Source of the DNA: Pristiophorus japonicus
Lineage: Eukaryota
Reading direction: 5' to 3'
Assembly: GCF_044704955.1 (NCBI RefSeq)
Contig: NC_092000.1
Location: forward strand, 11,098,001 to 11,162,000
DNA: 64,000 nt
Shown: positions 1 to 13,412 of the stretch, one piece after another
Position numbering within the stretch: position 1 is the first letter of the stretch
Layout of the letters: the number at the start of each line of letters is the position of its first letter
Program-made: the position numbers and the translations under genes
Notes under the pieces: generated by a model
What the model was told of the DNA's origin: nothing
The model's database searches: none
What the model saw: the letters and a program-made list of their open reading frames with translations, nothing else

Positions 1-49
1 CGCTGGTATGGGGAGGAGGTGGCTTGGTGGGCGAGTAGGTGAGGGGAGT

Positions 50-680
50 CTAAAACAAAGGGGTATAACCTTAACATAAGAGCTTGGGCATTCAGGGGTG
101 ATGTCAGGAAGCATTTCTTCAAACAAAGGATCATGGAAATCTGGAACCCTCACCCCGAAAAATCTGGGGGTCAATTCAAAATTTCGAAACCAAGATTAAT
201 CATCATCATCATCATAGGCAGTCCCTTGGAATCGAGGAAGACTTGCTTCCACTCTAAAAATATGAGTTCTTAGGTGACTGAACAGTCCAATACGAGAACC
301 ACAGACCCTGTCACAGGTGGGACAGATAGCCGTTGAGGGAAAGGGTGGATGGGACAGGTTTGCCGCACGCTCCTTCCGCTGTCTGCGCTTGGTTTCTGCA
401 TGCTCTCGGCGATGAGACTCGAGGTGCTCAGCGCCCTCCCGGATGCACTTCCTCCACTTAGGGCGGACTGGTCTATGGCCAGGGACTCCCAGGTGTTGAT
501 GGGGATGTTGCATTTTATCAAGGAGGCTTTGAGATTAATAGATTTTTGTTCGGCAAGGGTACAGTATTAAGGGTTAAGGAACCAAGGCGGGTAGATGGAG
601 TTAGGATACAGATCAGCCGTGATCTAATCGAATGGCGGAACATGTTCGAGGGGCTGAATGGCCTCCTCCTGCTCTGATGC
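50..680 (+). mobile_element. CR1 LINE 3' fragment, split by an RTE insertion
   Basis: Degenerate CR1 ORF2 end and 3'UTR (gatcagccgtgatc...gaggggctgaatggcctcctcctg). Confidence 0.7.
200..531 (-). mobile_element. RTE LINE 3' end with TSD agattaat
   Basis: C-terminal CPTCDRVCGSRIGLFSHLRTH zinc finger, (ATG)n tail, agattaat on both sides. Confidence 0.88.
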
Positions 681-917
681 TCCTCACCTGTTTTATGGAT
701 ATGTGCTCATAAATCACTCCTTCACTATCTCACTTTCTGCATGAAAACGAGAATGAGATGGTGCAAGTGTTCTGACAAAGATGTTGAACCGCAATGCGGA
801 GAGTTGGGGGAAGGGAATGGGGAGTTTGCCACTTCTGAGTGTGACCTATCTCATTCCAGGGTCTCTCTCATAATGGCTTGGAATTCCCATTGTATGATTT
901 TTCCCTAAGCGCTGGGC

Positions 918-1162
918 TGGGTTGCCAACCCTCCTGGATTGCCCCGGAGTCTCCAGGCATGAACGATTTATCTCCTGGATTTATCTGCTGAGAGCAAACT
1001 GGGGAGTAAAATCACAGGGGGCATTCTAAAACAAAAATGCGTTTCTTTTTCATGATCTTTGAAGACTTGAAAATACCCATTTGACCGGGTGGGGGCAGCT
1101 GGAGACAGGAGGTCATGTGATGAAACCTCCAGTAGTACATCCAATCAGTGTTGGCGACCCTA
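918..1162. mobile_element. MITE / non-autonomous DNA transposon
   Basis: Terminal inverted repeats gggttgccaac ... gttggcgaccc; no coding capacity. Confidence 0.6.
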
Positions 1163-1277
1163 ATCGCGACCTTAATACTGCACCGTTGCCTAACAAAAAT
1201 CTATTAATCTCAAAACCTCCTTGATAAAATGCAATATCCCCACCGACACCTGGGAATCCCTGGCCAAAGACCGACCT

Positions 1278-2295
1278 AAGTGGGGTGCCGCAGGGTTCAA
1301 TGCTGGGACCCCAGCAATTTACAATATACATTAATGATTTAGATGAAGGAATTGAGTGTAATATCTCCAAGTTTGCAGATGACACTAAGCTGGATGGCGG
1401 TGTGAGCTATGAGGAGGATGCTAAGAGGCTGCAGGATGACTTGCACAGGTTCGATGAGTGAGCAAATGCATGGCAGATGCAGTATAATGTGGATAAATGT
1501 GAGGTTATCCACTTTGGTGGCAAAAACATGAAGGCAGAATATTATCGGAATGGCGGCAGATTAGGAAAAGGGGAGGTGCAATGAGACCTGGGTGTCATGG
1601 TACATCAGTCATTGAAAATTGGCATGCAGGTACAGCAGGCGGTGAAGAAGGCAAATGGCATGTTGGCCTTCATAGCTAGGGGATTTGAGTATAGGAGCAG
1701 GGAGGTCTTACTGCAGTTGTACAGGGCCTTGGTGAGGCCTCACCTGGAATATTGTGTTCAGTTTTGGTCTCCTAATCTGAAGAAGGACATTCTTGCTATT
1801 GAGGGAGTGCAGCGAAGGTTCACCAGACTGATTCCCGGGATGGCTGGACTGACATATGAGGAGAGACTGGATCGACTGGGAGTTTAGAAGGATGAGAGGG
1901 GATCTCGTAGAAACATATAAAATTCTGACGGGACTAGACAGGTTAGATGCAGGAAGAATGTTCCCGATATTGGGGAGGTCCAGAACCAGAGGACACAGTC
2001 TAAGGATAAGGGGTAAGCCATTTAGGACCGAGATGAGGATAAACTTTTTCACTCAGAGAGTTGTGAACCTGTGGAATTCTCCACCGCAGAGAGTTGTTGA
2101 TGCCAGTTTGTTAGATATATTCAAAAGGGAGTTAGATATGGCCCTTACGGCTAAAGGGATCCAAAGGGTATGGAGAGAAAGCAGGAAAGGGGTACTGAGG
2201 GAATGATCAGCCATGATCTTATTGAATGGTGGTGCAGGCTCGAAGGGTCAAATGGCCTACTCCTGCACCTATTTTCTATGTTTCTATGTTTCGAT
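1278..2295 (+). mobile_element. CR1 LINE, 5'-truncated, preceded by an RTE scrap at ~1210-1283
   Basis: GVPQGS..FADDTK..RPHLEYCVQFW motifs with stops; (TTTCTATG)n tail. Confidence 0.92.
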
Positions 2296-2394
2296 GAGAT
2301 CCGATTGTGTGGTGGCTCATGTTAGAAAGACAGGAAACTGTCTACTGCGGCAGACCATATGAAGTCTCGATAATAGGTTACAGATGATGTTGCA

Positions 2395-3600
2395 GGCGAG
2401 TGTCTCACCTTCTGACTTCCCAAAGCCTTTCCACCATCTACAAGGCACAAGTCAGGAGTGTGATGGAACACTCTCCACTTGCCTGGATGAGTGCAGCTCC
2501 AACAACACTTAAGAAGCTCGACACCATCCAGGATAAAGCGGCCCGCTTGATTGGTACCCCATCCACCACCTTCAGCATTCACTCCCACCAGCGCACCGTG
2601 GCTGCAGTGTGCACTGCAGCAACTCGCCAAGGCTTCTTCGACAACATCTCCCAAACCCACAACCTCGACCACCTAGAAGGACAAGGACAGCAGGCGCATG
2701 AGAACACCACCACCTCCAAGTTTCCCCCCAAGTCACACACAATCCTGACTTGGAAATCATAGAATCCTAGAAATTTACAGGACAGAAAGAGGCCATTTCG
2801 GCCAATCGTGTCCGCACCGGCCGACAAAGAGCTGTCCAGCCGAATCCCACTTTACAGCTCTTGGTTCGTAGCCTTGTAGGTTACGGCACTTCAAGTGCAC
2901 ATCCAAGTACTTTTAAAATGTGGTGAGGGTTTCTGCCTCTACCAGCCTTTCAGGCAGTGAGTTCCAGACCCCCACCACCCTCTGGGTGAAAAGATTTCCC
3001 CTCAAATCCCCTCTAAACCTTCTATCAATCACTTTAAATCTATGCCCCCTGGTTGTTGACCTCTCTGTTAAGGGAAATAAGTCCTTCCTATCCATCCGAT
3101 CTAGGCCCCTCATAATTTTATACACCTCAATAAGGTCTCCCCTCAGTCTCCTCTGTTCCAAAGAAAACAACCCCAGACTATTCAATCTTTCCTCATTGCT
3201 AAAATTCTCCAGTCCTGGCAACATCCTCGTAAATCTCCTCTGTACCCTCTCTAATGCAATCACATCTTTCCTGTAATGTGGTGACCAGACCTGCACGCTG
3301 TACTCCAGCTGTGGCATAACTAGTGTTTTATACAATTCAAGCATAACCTCCGTGCTCTTGTGTTCTATGCCTCGGCTAATAAAAACAAGTATTCCATATG
3401 CCTTATATATCGGAGTTCCTTCATTGTTGCTGGGTCAAAATCCTGGAACTCCTTCGCTAACAGCACTGTGGGAGCACCTTCACCACACAGACTGCAGCGG
3501 TTCAAGATGGCTGCTCACCACCACCTTCGCAAGGGCAATTATGGATGGGCAATAAATGCCGACCTTGCCAGCGACGCCCACATCCCAGCAACGAATAAAT
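2395..3600. mobile_element. older LINE 3' fragment (+; 2395-2755, 3410-3600) interrupted by a minus-strand CR1 (~2757-3400)
   Basis: IYKAQVRSVME..LAW on plus; LEYSVQVWSPHY..RRLRGDLIEVYK on minus. Confidence 0.8.
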
Positions 3601-4699
3601 AAAAAATTGATGTCATTTTTTCTCTGTATTTTGCTGAGTTGTTTCTGCATCAAATTAAATGTTCGTTGTGATTTTTATATTCAATTTAAAAGTGGTATTA
3701 AAATAAAATCAAGTTTGATTCTTCTAGCCCCCTTCCTTTATTTTGCATTCCCAGATTCTGAGGCTACAAGGTAATTGGATGCACTGCATCTCTTAACGTC
3801 TGAACAAACTCTATCCTGAGCCAGCAGTCATAGCACTGATGGTTGAAAGTCTAGATGGCTCAGTTGCTAACCGCAATGCAGGTGTGTCCCATAGACCAGG
3901 AAGGTCCTGGATTCAATTCTCTGTTTGTCCCTGGATAAGGATATGGGGCAATTCATCCAGAGGTTCTGCACCAGGGGTGACATCCAGTAAACCCCTCCCC
4001 TGCCCCAGCCGGCAAGTACATGTCCAGATGTTGAGTGAGGGCAGGATTGGATTTGAAGCAACGTCACTGCGAATAGTCTTTCTTAGATGGATAAAAAGAA
4101 AGGAATACTTGCATTTATATAGCACCTTTCAGCATGTCCCAAAGCGCTTTACAGACCATGAAGTACTTTTTCAAGTGTAGTCACTGTTGTAATGTAAGAA
4201 ACGTGGTAGCCAAATTGCACACTGCAAACTCTTACAAATGTGATGATGACCAGATAGTCTGTGGATGTGTTTATTTGCACCGCCAAAATGGCCACCTTGT
4301 CTCTGATTGGTTGTCCATTATCAATGTCCTATTGCTGATTGGACCCCTTGGAGGATGAGTCACACCCTGAAGTTTCTTTGGAAGGTGTAACTGGAACCAA
4401 TTAGCCCAATTTTTGACTGACTTTGCAAATTGTAATTCAATCCATTTTGACTTCAGAAGCCACAGAAGATAGATCTCCCCAAAAGCCACCAAGTTCCAGA
4501 GGAAGTCCCTTACCCCAATGCAAGTGTATCCCTTCACCAGCTGAAGATCCTTACCCCAGGACATGTACTGCTCCCCCCAGCCGAAGTGGGGCACTGTGTG
4601 TGGGTCAGGGATTGTTAACAGGTTTATTGGGTATGAAGTGAATAGTGACAGTATCATGACATCTGGATCATCCACTCTAATGATTTCCCTTGTTTCCTT

Positions 4700-5348
4700 T
4701 CCCCCGCCCCCCCGACCCCCACCGTCTCTCTCTCCCTTCTCTCTCCCTCCTCTCTCTCTCTCTCTCTCCCTCCTCTCTCTCTCCCCTCTCTCTCTCACCC
4801 CCTCTCTCTCACCCCCTCTCTCTCCTCTCCCCTCTCGCTCTCTCCCTCGCTCTCTCCCTTTCCTCTCTCTCTCCCTCCTCGCTCTCTCCTTTACCTCGCT
4901 CTCTCATCTCCCTCTCCCTCTCCTCTCCCTCTCTCCCTCGTCTCTCTCCCCTCTCTGTGTCCCCCCTCCCTCTCTCCCCCCTCCCTCTCTCCACACTCTC
5001 TCTCTCTCCCCCCCTCTCTACCCCTCTATCTCTCTCCCCCTCTCTCTACCCCTCTATCTCTTCCCCCCTCGCTCCCCCCAGCCTCGCTCTCCCCCCCTTG
5101 CACTCTCTCTCCCCGCCCCCTCACTCTCTCCTTTCCCTCACTCTCTCCCCCCCTCTCTCCCCCCCTCTCTCCCCCATGTCTCTCTCCCCTTCTCTCTCTA
5201 TCCCTCCTCTCTCGATCTCTCCCCTCCTCTCTCTCTCCCCAACTCTCTCTCTCCCCAACTCTCTCTCTCCCCCACTCTCGCTCTCCCCCACTCTCGCTCT
5301 CCCCCACTCTCTCTCTCTCCCACTCTCTCCCACCCCCTCTCTCTCCCC
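4700..5348. repeat. C/T-rich low-complexity tract
   Basis: Almost pure pyrimidine on the plus strand. Confidence 0.95.
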
Positions 5349-5351
5349 TGA

Positions 5352-7089
5352 TGTTATGTATGTAACTATGTAATACTTGCCACCAGAGGGCGAGACTGTT
5401 GGAGTCCTAATGGTCACCTGCACACATGTGCAGGGCCAGTATAAAAGGTTGGCTGCCATGTTGTTTAGGCACTCTGGAGTTGTAATAAAATAGACTAAGT
5501 TTAGCTCACAGTACTCAGCCTCGTGGAGTTCTTCAATACCAACAATTGGGGATGAGGGTGGGAACCCGCAGACTTGCTACTGGTCATGGATGCTTTTGAG
5601 AGTGAGGGGTCACCCGTCACAGCTCGCCAGATCAGGACCTGGACCAGCCAAGATCCTGTGCTATCATTAGTAAAGAGTTGCATCCTAAATGGGAACTGGT
5701 CGGCCGTTCCCGGGGAAATGCAAGATGAAATTAAGCCATTTCACCGACACAAAGAGGAAATGTACATCCAGTCGGATTGTCTCTTATGGGGTAATCGCGT
5801 GGTTTTACCAAAAAAAGGCAGAGAAACGTTTATACGCGACCTACACAGTACCCACCCAGGCATTGTCATGATGAAGGCAATTGCCAGGTCGCATGTTTGG
5901 TGGCCCGGCATTGACTCGGATTTGGAGTCATGCGTACATCAGTGCAATGCTTGATCGCAGCTGAGCAATGCACCAAGGGAGGCTCCAGTGAGTCTGTGGT
6001 CATGGCCCTCCAAATCGTGGTCCAGGATCCACATAGATTTTACCGGCCCCTTTCTAGGAAAGATGTTTTTAGTAGTAGTGGACGCTTACTCCAAATGGAT
6101 TGAATGCGTAATCATGTCATCCAGCACATCCACAGCCGCCATTGAAAGCCTCCGGGCCATGTTTTCTACCCATGGCTTGCCCGACGTCCTTGTCAGCGAC
6201 AATGGACCATGTTTCACCAGCTCGGAATTCAACGAGTTTATGACCAGCAATGGCATCAAGCATGTCAGGTCTGCTCCATTTAAGCCCGCGTCTAACGGTC
6301 AAGCAGAGCGGGTAGTCCAAACCATCAAGCAGAGCATGAAATGCGTGATGGACGGTTCCCTGCAGACCCGCTTGTCTCGCATTCTGCTCAGTTACCGGAC
6401 GCAACACCACTCGCTCGCCAGGGTTCCCCTGGTAGAATTGTTACTAAAGAGAGCCCTCAAAACCAAGCTCTCCCTAGTCCACCCCGATCTTAATGATCAC
6501 GTGGAAACCCAGCGACACCGGCAGAACATGTACCACGATCGCGCGGCTGTTTCACGTGACATTGATGTTAACGACCCCGTGATTGTCCTGAATTACGGTC
6601 ATGGTCCCAAGTCGGTTGCTGGCACTGTTTTGGCCAAGGAAGGGAATAGGTTGTTTATATTCAAACTGTTAAATGGCCAAATGTGCAGAAAGCATTTAGA
6701 TCAGACCAAATTGCAATTTACTGATAACCAGGAATGACTTGAAGAGGACATCACCATCAACGATCCACCAACACACACCCAACCAACAATCGACCTCGCT
6801 GTCAATCGCGAGGATGAACCCACCGTTCCTGACAGTCCGGTCAGACCAGTCACGGTGCAGTGCAGCAATGGTCCGGCCAACTCACACACGCCAGGGTTTG
6901 AACTTAGACGATCAACCAGGGAGCAAAGGGCTCTGGATTGCCTCAACTTGTAAATAACTTGTACCGAAGACTTTGCGGGGGGGGAAATGATGTTATGTAT
7001 GTAACTATGTAATACTTGCCACCAGAGGGCGCAATTGTTGGAGTCCTAATGGTCACCTGCACACACGTGCAGGGCCAGCATAAAAGGTT
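5352..7089 (+). mobile_element. internally deleted Gypsy LTR element (same family as 29264-39504)
   Basis: 5'LTR 5352-5544 (TG..CA), degenerate PBS joined directly to the pre-integrase region, HHCC and rve integrase (IHIDF..SDNGP..SNGQAER), PPT, 3'LTR from 6991 truncated. Confidence 0.9.
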
Positions 7090-7875
7090 TCTCCCCCGTT
7101 TCTCACCCCCTAGCTTTCTCCTCCCCTCTCTTGCTCCTCCCTCTCTCTCTCCCCCCACCTCTCTCCCTCCCTCTCTCTTTCCCTCCCTCTCTCTCTACCC
7201 TCCATCTCTCTCTACCCTCCATCTCTCTCTGCCCTCCATCTCTCTCTCTACCCTCCCCCCTCTCTCTACCCTCCCCCCTCTCCCTCTCTCCCCCTCCCCC
7301 CTCGCTCTCTCCTTTCCCTCCTCTCCTCTCCTCTCTCTCTCCCCACCCCCCTCTCTCTCCTCCCTTTCTATCTCCCCTCCCTCCCTCTCTCGCCCCCCCC
7401 TCTCTCTCTCCCCCTCTCTTCACCCTATCTCTCTTTCTCTCCCCCTCTCTCTTTCTCTCTCCCCCCTTTCTCTCTTTCCTCTCTCTCCCTAACCCCCTCT
7501 CTCTCTAACCCCCTCTCTCTCTCTCTAACCCCCTCTCTCCCCCCGCTCTCTCCTTCTCTCTCTCCCCCCTCTCTCATTCTCTCTCTCCCCCTCTCTCTTT
7601 CTCTCTCTCCCCCCTCTCCCCTCTCTCTTGTGCTCTCTCCCCCTCTCCCTTCCTCTCTCTCTTCCCCCCTCTCTACCCTTCCCCTCTTTCTACCCTCTCT
7701 CCACCCCCTCCCTCTCTCTACCCTCTCCCCACCCCCCTCTCTCTACCCTCCCCCCCACTCTCTACCCTCTCCCCCCCACACTCTCTACCCTCTCCCCCCC
7801 CCCACCAACCCTGCCCCCCCACTCTCTGACCTCCCCCCCCCCCCCCCCCACTCTCCCCCCCTCTCTCTATATCTC
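7090..7875. repeat. C/T-rich low-complexity tract
   Basis: Almost pure pyrimidine on the plus strand. Confidence 0.95.
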
Positions 7876-8459
7876 TAGCTTATCTCTCAATCAACACTAC
7901 AAAAAACAGATTATCTGGTCATTATTACATTGCTGTTTGCGGGAGCTTTCTGTGCGCAAATTGGCTGCTGCGTTTCCCACATTACAATAGTGACTACACT
8001 CCAAAAGTACTTCATTGGCTGTAAAGCGCTTTGGGACATCCGGTGGTCGTGAAAGGTGCTATATAAATGCAAGTCTTTCTTTCTGTAAAATACTGCGCGC
8101 ATTTTCCTACTTCTTGCTCCGCTTTGAGCCACAGCTACAGACACAATCACTGCGTGTGTGGGATGCTTTATTGTGAAGGACTCAGTTCCTGCATGACCTC
8201 AGGATTGCAGGAGGTGTCCCAACACCAGCCTTGAATGAACAGGCTGTGGTGTACAAGCCCGGACATGCTGGGATGTGCACGGCCTACGACCCTGCATCTC
8301 CATTGGCCAAGGCTGATCATTGTCAGCCCACATTGTGTAGATTGTTCTCACGGCAACAGGTCACACTGGGGTTATCTGCGGCCAATCAAATACAGCTCAA
8401 AGCAAACAGCTTTTGGTCAACATGCCAACCACCTTTGAACACTGTCGTAGTTCATAATA

Positions 8460-9330
8460 AAAGAAAGACTTGCATTTACATAGTGCCTTTCACGATCTCA
8501 GTCCCAATGAGGACTTTTAAAGTGAAGTAATGTAGGAAACGCGGCAGCCAATTTGTGCACAGCAAGGTAGGGCGCTGAACACCTCGAGTATCGTCGCTGA
8601 GAGCATGCAGAAAACAAGCGCAGGCAGCGGAAGGAGCATGCGGCAAATGAGACTCCCCACCCACCCTTTCCTTCAACCACTGTCTGTCCCACCTGCGACA
8701 AAGACTGTAATTCCCGTAATGGACTGTTCAGTCACCTAAGAACTCACTTTTAGAGTTGTCATGTATGTACTTTTGGGATCACCAGCCACTAGATGGCTTC
8801 ACTGTTGGAGGCCATTGGGCTGCACGCCTGTGCAGCCCAAGTATAAAAGGCCAGACATTTTGTATATTAGTCATTTTGGGCCTTAATAAAGCAGAGCCAA
8901 GGTCATACCTCTTGGAGTTAAACAGTACTCAGTCTAACAGTTATTGCATACACAACAAGAGTGGAAGCAAGTCTTCCTCGATTTCGAGGGACTGCCTATA
9001 ATGATGATGAGCAAGGATCCAGAAACAGCAATGTGATAATGGCCAGATAATCCATTTTTAGTGATGTTGGTTGAGGGATAAATATCGGCCCGGGACACCG
9101 GGGAGAATATCTCCTGCTCTTCTTCTAAATAGTGCTGTGGGATCTTTTACATGTACCCGAGGGGGCAGACGGGGCCTCGGTTTAACGTCTCATCTGAAAG
9201 ACGGCACCTCCGACAATGCAGCACTCCCTCAGTACTGCATCGATTTTGTGCTGAGGTCTCTGGAGTGGGACTTGAGCCCAAAACCTTCTGACTCAGAGGT
9301 GAGGGAGCTACCCACTGAGCTGTGGCTTGC
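8460..9330. mobile_element. nest: tRNA/Deu-type SINE (-) containing an RTE 3' end (+, ~8570-9010)
   Basis: SINE halves (gacttgcattta..gcagccaatttgtgcacagcaag / gagtgggacttga..cccactgagc) flank an RTE tail ending atgatgatga. Confidence 0.8.
8757..8957 (+). mobile_element. solo LTR with 5-bp TSD AGAGT
   Basis: TGTCATG...CAACA termini, TATAAAA and AATAAA; agagt at 8752-8756 and 8958-8962. Confidence 0.88.
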
Positions 9331-10061
9331 AGCTAATAAGTAATAATTGTCGTAAGAACCTAAGAAATCGGAGTATGAGTAGGCCATACGGCCCCTCGAG
9401 CCTGCTCCGCCATTCAATATGATCACGGCTGATCTGATCATGGACTCAGCTCCACTTCCCCGCCCGCTCCCCATAACCCCTCATCCCCTTGTCAGTGTCA
9501 AGGAAGAGCTGTCAATGGGAAAGGGTGTCACTGACATTAGGAAGCAACAGATAAATTTAAAGGGATCCAGTTAAGTGCTTACAGCAGCTCAGGAGACAAC
9601 TGATCTGTGTCTTGAACCTGGGAGAGGGGGTAAAAGCAATCGACACTCCAGTGAGGCCTTGTCTGAAAATGTCCGCTCAGTGAGATGGCAGGCAAAGAAC
9701 AGGAGCCTGGTCAGCAGCAAATAGTTGAAGATAAAAGTTTATTTAATCAGTTCTGAACTTGCTGACAAACGGAGTGATTACTAATGTAGTAACAATGTAT
9801 TGTACAATTGCAAATCGTGGAAATAGATGATTAAAAAAACAGTAAGTTCCCTTTGGCCTCTTCCTCCTCTCCTGGAAGCTCACCGTCTCTTTGCAGGCAG
9901 CAGTTGCACCTCCGTCCATCAAGGTCACAAGTGGCTAACCGTGTGACAATCATTCACCCTCCCTCATCTGGTGGCGTTAGTTTGCTGGCCGCGGTAAGAC
10001 CGGCCGGACGCATGGACCCTCAATCCTCCTTCCACTGAGTTCCCAATCTCAACCCGCAAGC

Positions 10062-10385
10062 CCCCTTATTAAAAAGGGGCACTAAAACCAACAATTTAAA
10101 AATTAACTTTTAACAATAATGGTTCAATTTAAAATTTGGTTGCCGGGGGTGATGGTGCACTCCAGTCCCTCCGGCGCCCACCTCTGGCGGAAGGCCACGA
10201 GCGTACCGGTGGACACCGCGTGCTCCATCTCCAGGGACACCCTGGCTCGGATGTAACCGCGGAAGAGAGGCAGGCAGTCGGGCTGAACGATCCCCTCGAC
10301 CGCCCGCTGCCTGGACCGGTTGATGGCCCCCTTGGCCGTGCCCAGGAGCAGTGCTACGAGGAGGCCTTCCGACCTGCCCGCTGAA
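10062..10385 (-). mobile_element. Tx1-like LINE 3' fragment
   Basis: Same ORF2 C-terminus (..RWAPEGLEC.ITPGNQIL) as 59339-62962. Confidence 0.8.
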
Positions 10386-10889
10386 GTTCTCTTTGGTCAT
10401 TATTCTAGTTTTCTCTCCCGCTTTTTCGAGATCGGGCGGAGACAGCAACAGGTGAGCAAGGGAGGGACTTCCTGCCATCCCTCGACTGGCCACTCAGCTG
10501 GTTGTCACTCCAATGTTCCCCGAGGCCGTGCTTCCCACTGCTTGCAGGTCGAGATTGGGAACTCAGTGGAAGGAGGGTCGAGGGTCCATGCGTCCGGCCA
10601 GACAGCCATCGGCAGCTCAGAGTCTTACCATGGCCAGCGAACTAACGCCACCAGCTGAGGGAGGGTGAATGATTGTCACACGGTCTCGGGGTTCATGACA
10701 AGGCAGCAGAAATGACCATGGTCCCTTTTTTCTGGGCAACCTGCTGACCCTGGTGGAGACCGTCAGGTCAGAGTGAGTGTAGCTAGGCATGTTCTACTGT
10801 TCCATTGAGCCACAAGAGATGAATGTTGACCCTTCCGCTTGTCTCTCTTTGGCGAGCTGCAAAAAAATTTAAACAGATCAGAGTTAAGG

Positions 10890-12347
10890 AAAGACTTGCA
10901 TTTATATAGCACCTTTCACGACCACCGGACATCTCAAAGTGCTTTACAGCCAATGAAGTACTTTTCATGCCAGACACGAGACTCCCAAAGCAAACGCTCT
11001 ACTCGGAACTCCTTCACAGCAAACGAGCCAAAGGTGGGCAGAGGAAACATTGCAAGGACACCCTCAAAGTCTCCCTGATAAAGTGCAACATTCCCACCGA
11101 CACCTGGGAGTCCCTGGCCAAAGACCAGTCCACCCTAAGTGGAAGAAATGCATCCGGGAGGGTGCTGAGCACCTCGAGTCTCATCGCCGAGAGCATGCAG
11201 AAATCAAGTACAAGCAGCGGAAAGAGCAGGCAGCGGCAGTGGCAAACCAGTCCCACCCTCCCTTACCCTCAACGACTGTCTGTCCCATCTGTGACAGGGA
11301 CTGTGGTTCTCGTATTGGACTGTTCAGCCACCTAAGGACTCATTTTAAGAGAGGAAGCAAGTCTTCCGAGGGACTGCCTATGATGATGATGACTTGTGGA
11401 ATGCAGTCACTGTTGTAATGTAGGAAACGCGGCAGCCAATTTGCACACAGACAGCAATGTGAGCATGACCAGATAATCTGTTGATTGAGGGATAAATATT
11501 GGCCAGGACACCGGGGAGAATTGCCCTGGAGTGGGACTTGAACCCACAGCCTTCTGACTCGGAGGCGAGAGTGCTGCCCACTGAGCCACGGGCTGACGCT
11601 GTAGGAGGTGAATGGGGCACTTGGCTTTCGTCCAACAAAATGAAACGGTACAGAAGTATGTGGCCTCGGCGGTCTCTCCCAGCCCCACCGGACCTGCCTG
11701 GGCTGTTATATCTCGCATCCGCCCCAACCACACGAGGCTCCTTCCTGCTTAATTGGAAATCCCATCTATTCCTGTTCACCCGAGTCCACATTCCCTGCAT
11801 TCGCTGACACTCCCCAAGTGTCAGCTTAGATCAGATTTAGCTCCACACCCTAGTGCTCACTCTCGCTTGCTGCTTCCACCCAAACTCCCTGGGCCCTTCA
11901 GTATTTTTAAGAATCTTACAGCGTACCTGCGCCATTAATCTTACTGCCACTGGGAACGGGCTCTACTCGGAACTCCTTTGCGGCAAACGAGCCAAAGGTG
12001 GGCAGAGGAAACGTTACAAGGACACCCTCAAAGCCTCCCTGATAAAGTGCAACATCCCCACCGACACCTGGGAGTCCCTGGCCAAAGACTGCCCTAAGTG
12101 GAGGAAGTGCATCCGGGAGGGCGCTGAGCACCTCGAGCCTCATCGCCGAGAGCATGCAGAAACCAAACGCAGACAGCGGAAGGAGCGTGCGGCAAACCTG
12201 TCCCACCCACCCCTTCCCTCAATGACTATCTGTCCCATCTGTGACAGAGACTGTGGTTCTCGTATTCGACTGTTCAGCCACCTAAGGACTCATTCTAAGA
12301 GTGGAAGCAAGTCTTCCTCGATTCCGAGGGACTGTCTATGATGATGA
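10890..12347. mobile_element. SINE (-) split by an RTE 3' end (10965-11392, +); second RTE 3' end at 11955-12347 (+)
   Basis: RLPKQTLYSEL..GGQRKR..CPICDRDC..HLRTH; (ATG)n tails. Confidence 0.85.
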
Positions 12348-13412
12348 GTCTCCTCATCTATTCATCTTACTTTTATGATCGGAGACCTAATTATCTCCTC
12401 CTTGCTGAACTGGGCCAATCTTTCCCCATGCGGACATGATATTCCACATGCGGGGGGCGGTAAAATTCAGGCGTTATCGCATCTTCCGACCGTCGTACGC
12501 CTGGACCGCTGCTCAGTTCGGTTGACTTCAGTGGGATTGAATATCAGGCAGGGCGTATAATGGGGGACGTATAATGGGTGATGTATAATGGGCAACGGAT
12601 AATGGGCGACGTCCGTTTTGCGTCCCGCCCAAGTCAGACAAACACCCCGTCTACCATCGCCCTTTGCTTCTTGCCAATGAGCCAATTTCAAATCCAACTT
12701 GCCACTTTCCCTTGAATCCTTTTTACTTTTCTGAGCGGTCTGCCATCTTCTTTGAAATAGTGCCGTGGGATTCTTAACATCCACCTGAGAGAGCAGACGG
12801 GGCCTCGGTTTAATGTCTCATCCGAAAGACAGCACCTCCGACAGTGCAGCGCTCCCTCGATTTATGTGCTCAAGTCTCTGGCCTGGGACTCGAACCCATG
12901 ACCTTCTGACTCAGACGAGAGACTGCTGCTCACTGAACCACAGCTGACACCTAAATGACTTTACCATTCCACATCTATGAGGACCAGCAGAGATTGTTTG
13001 CAAGGCTCTTGCCTCTGTCACCCTGGTGCTGGCCTCTAGGAGGTTCACTAATGTCCTTTCGGGAAGGAAATCTGCCACCTTTACCCGGTCTGGCCGATTT
13101 GTGTCTCCAGACCCACAGCAATGTGGTTGACTCTTAACTGCCCTCTGAAATGGCCCAGCGAGACACTCAGTTTAGGGCAATTATGGGAATGGGCAATAAA
13201 TGCTGGCCTTGCCAGCGACGACCACGTCCAGTGAATTAATAACGAAAAAAGAAACACGATGGCACGTTTGAGTTGACTGCTTTTCCGATTCTCCTTCCCC
13301 AGAGGGATTACTACGGAGCTCAGTGTCTGGGGAATCATCGATCTGCAGCCCAGAGTGCTGCCCCATAACCAGTTGCTGCGTCGCACCATTTAATAGCATC
13401 TTTAGAATGTTT

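Noticed and set aside
4271-7990. Long Pro/Ser/Leu- and Glu/Arg/Gly-rich ORFs
   Set aside because: Translations of stop-free C/T low-complexity tracts.
8100-8450. Unique segment with minus-strand AATAAA at 8167-8172 as the gene's 3'UTR exon
   Set aside because: No convincing acceptor and no way to link it to exon 9 from sequence alone.
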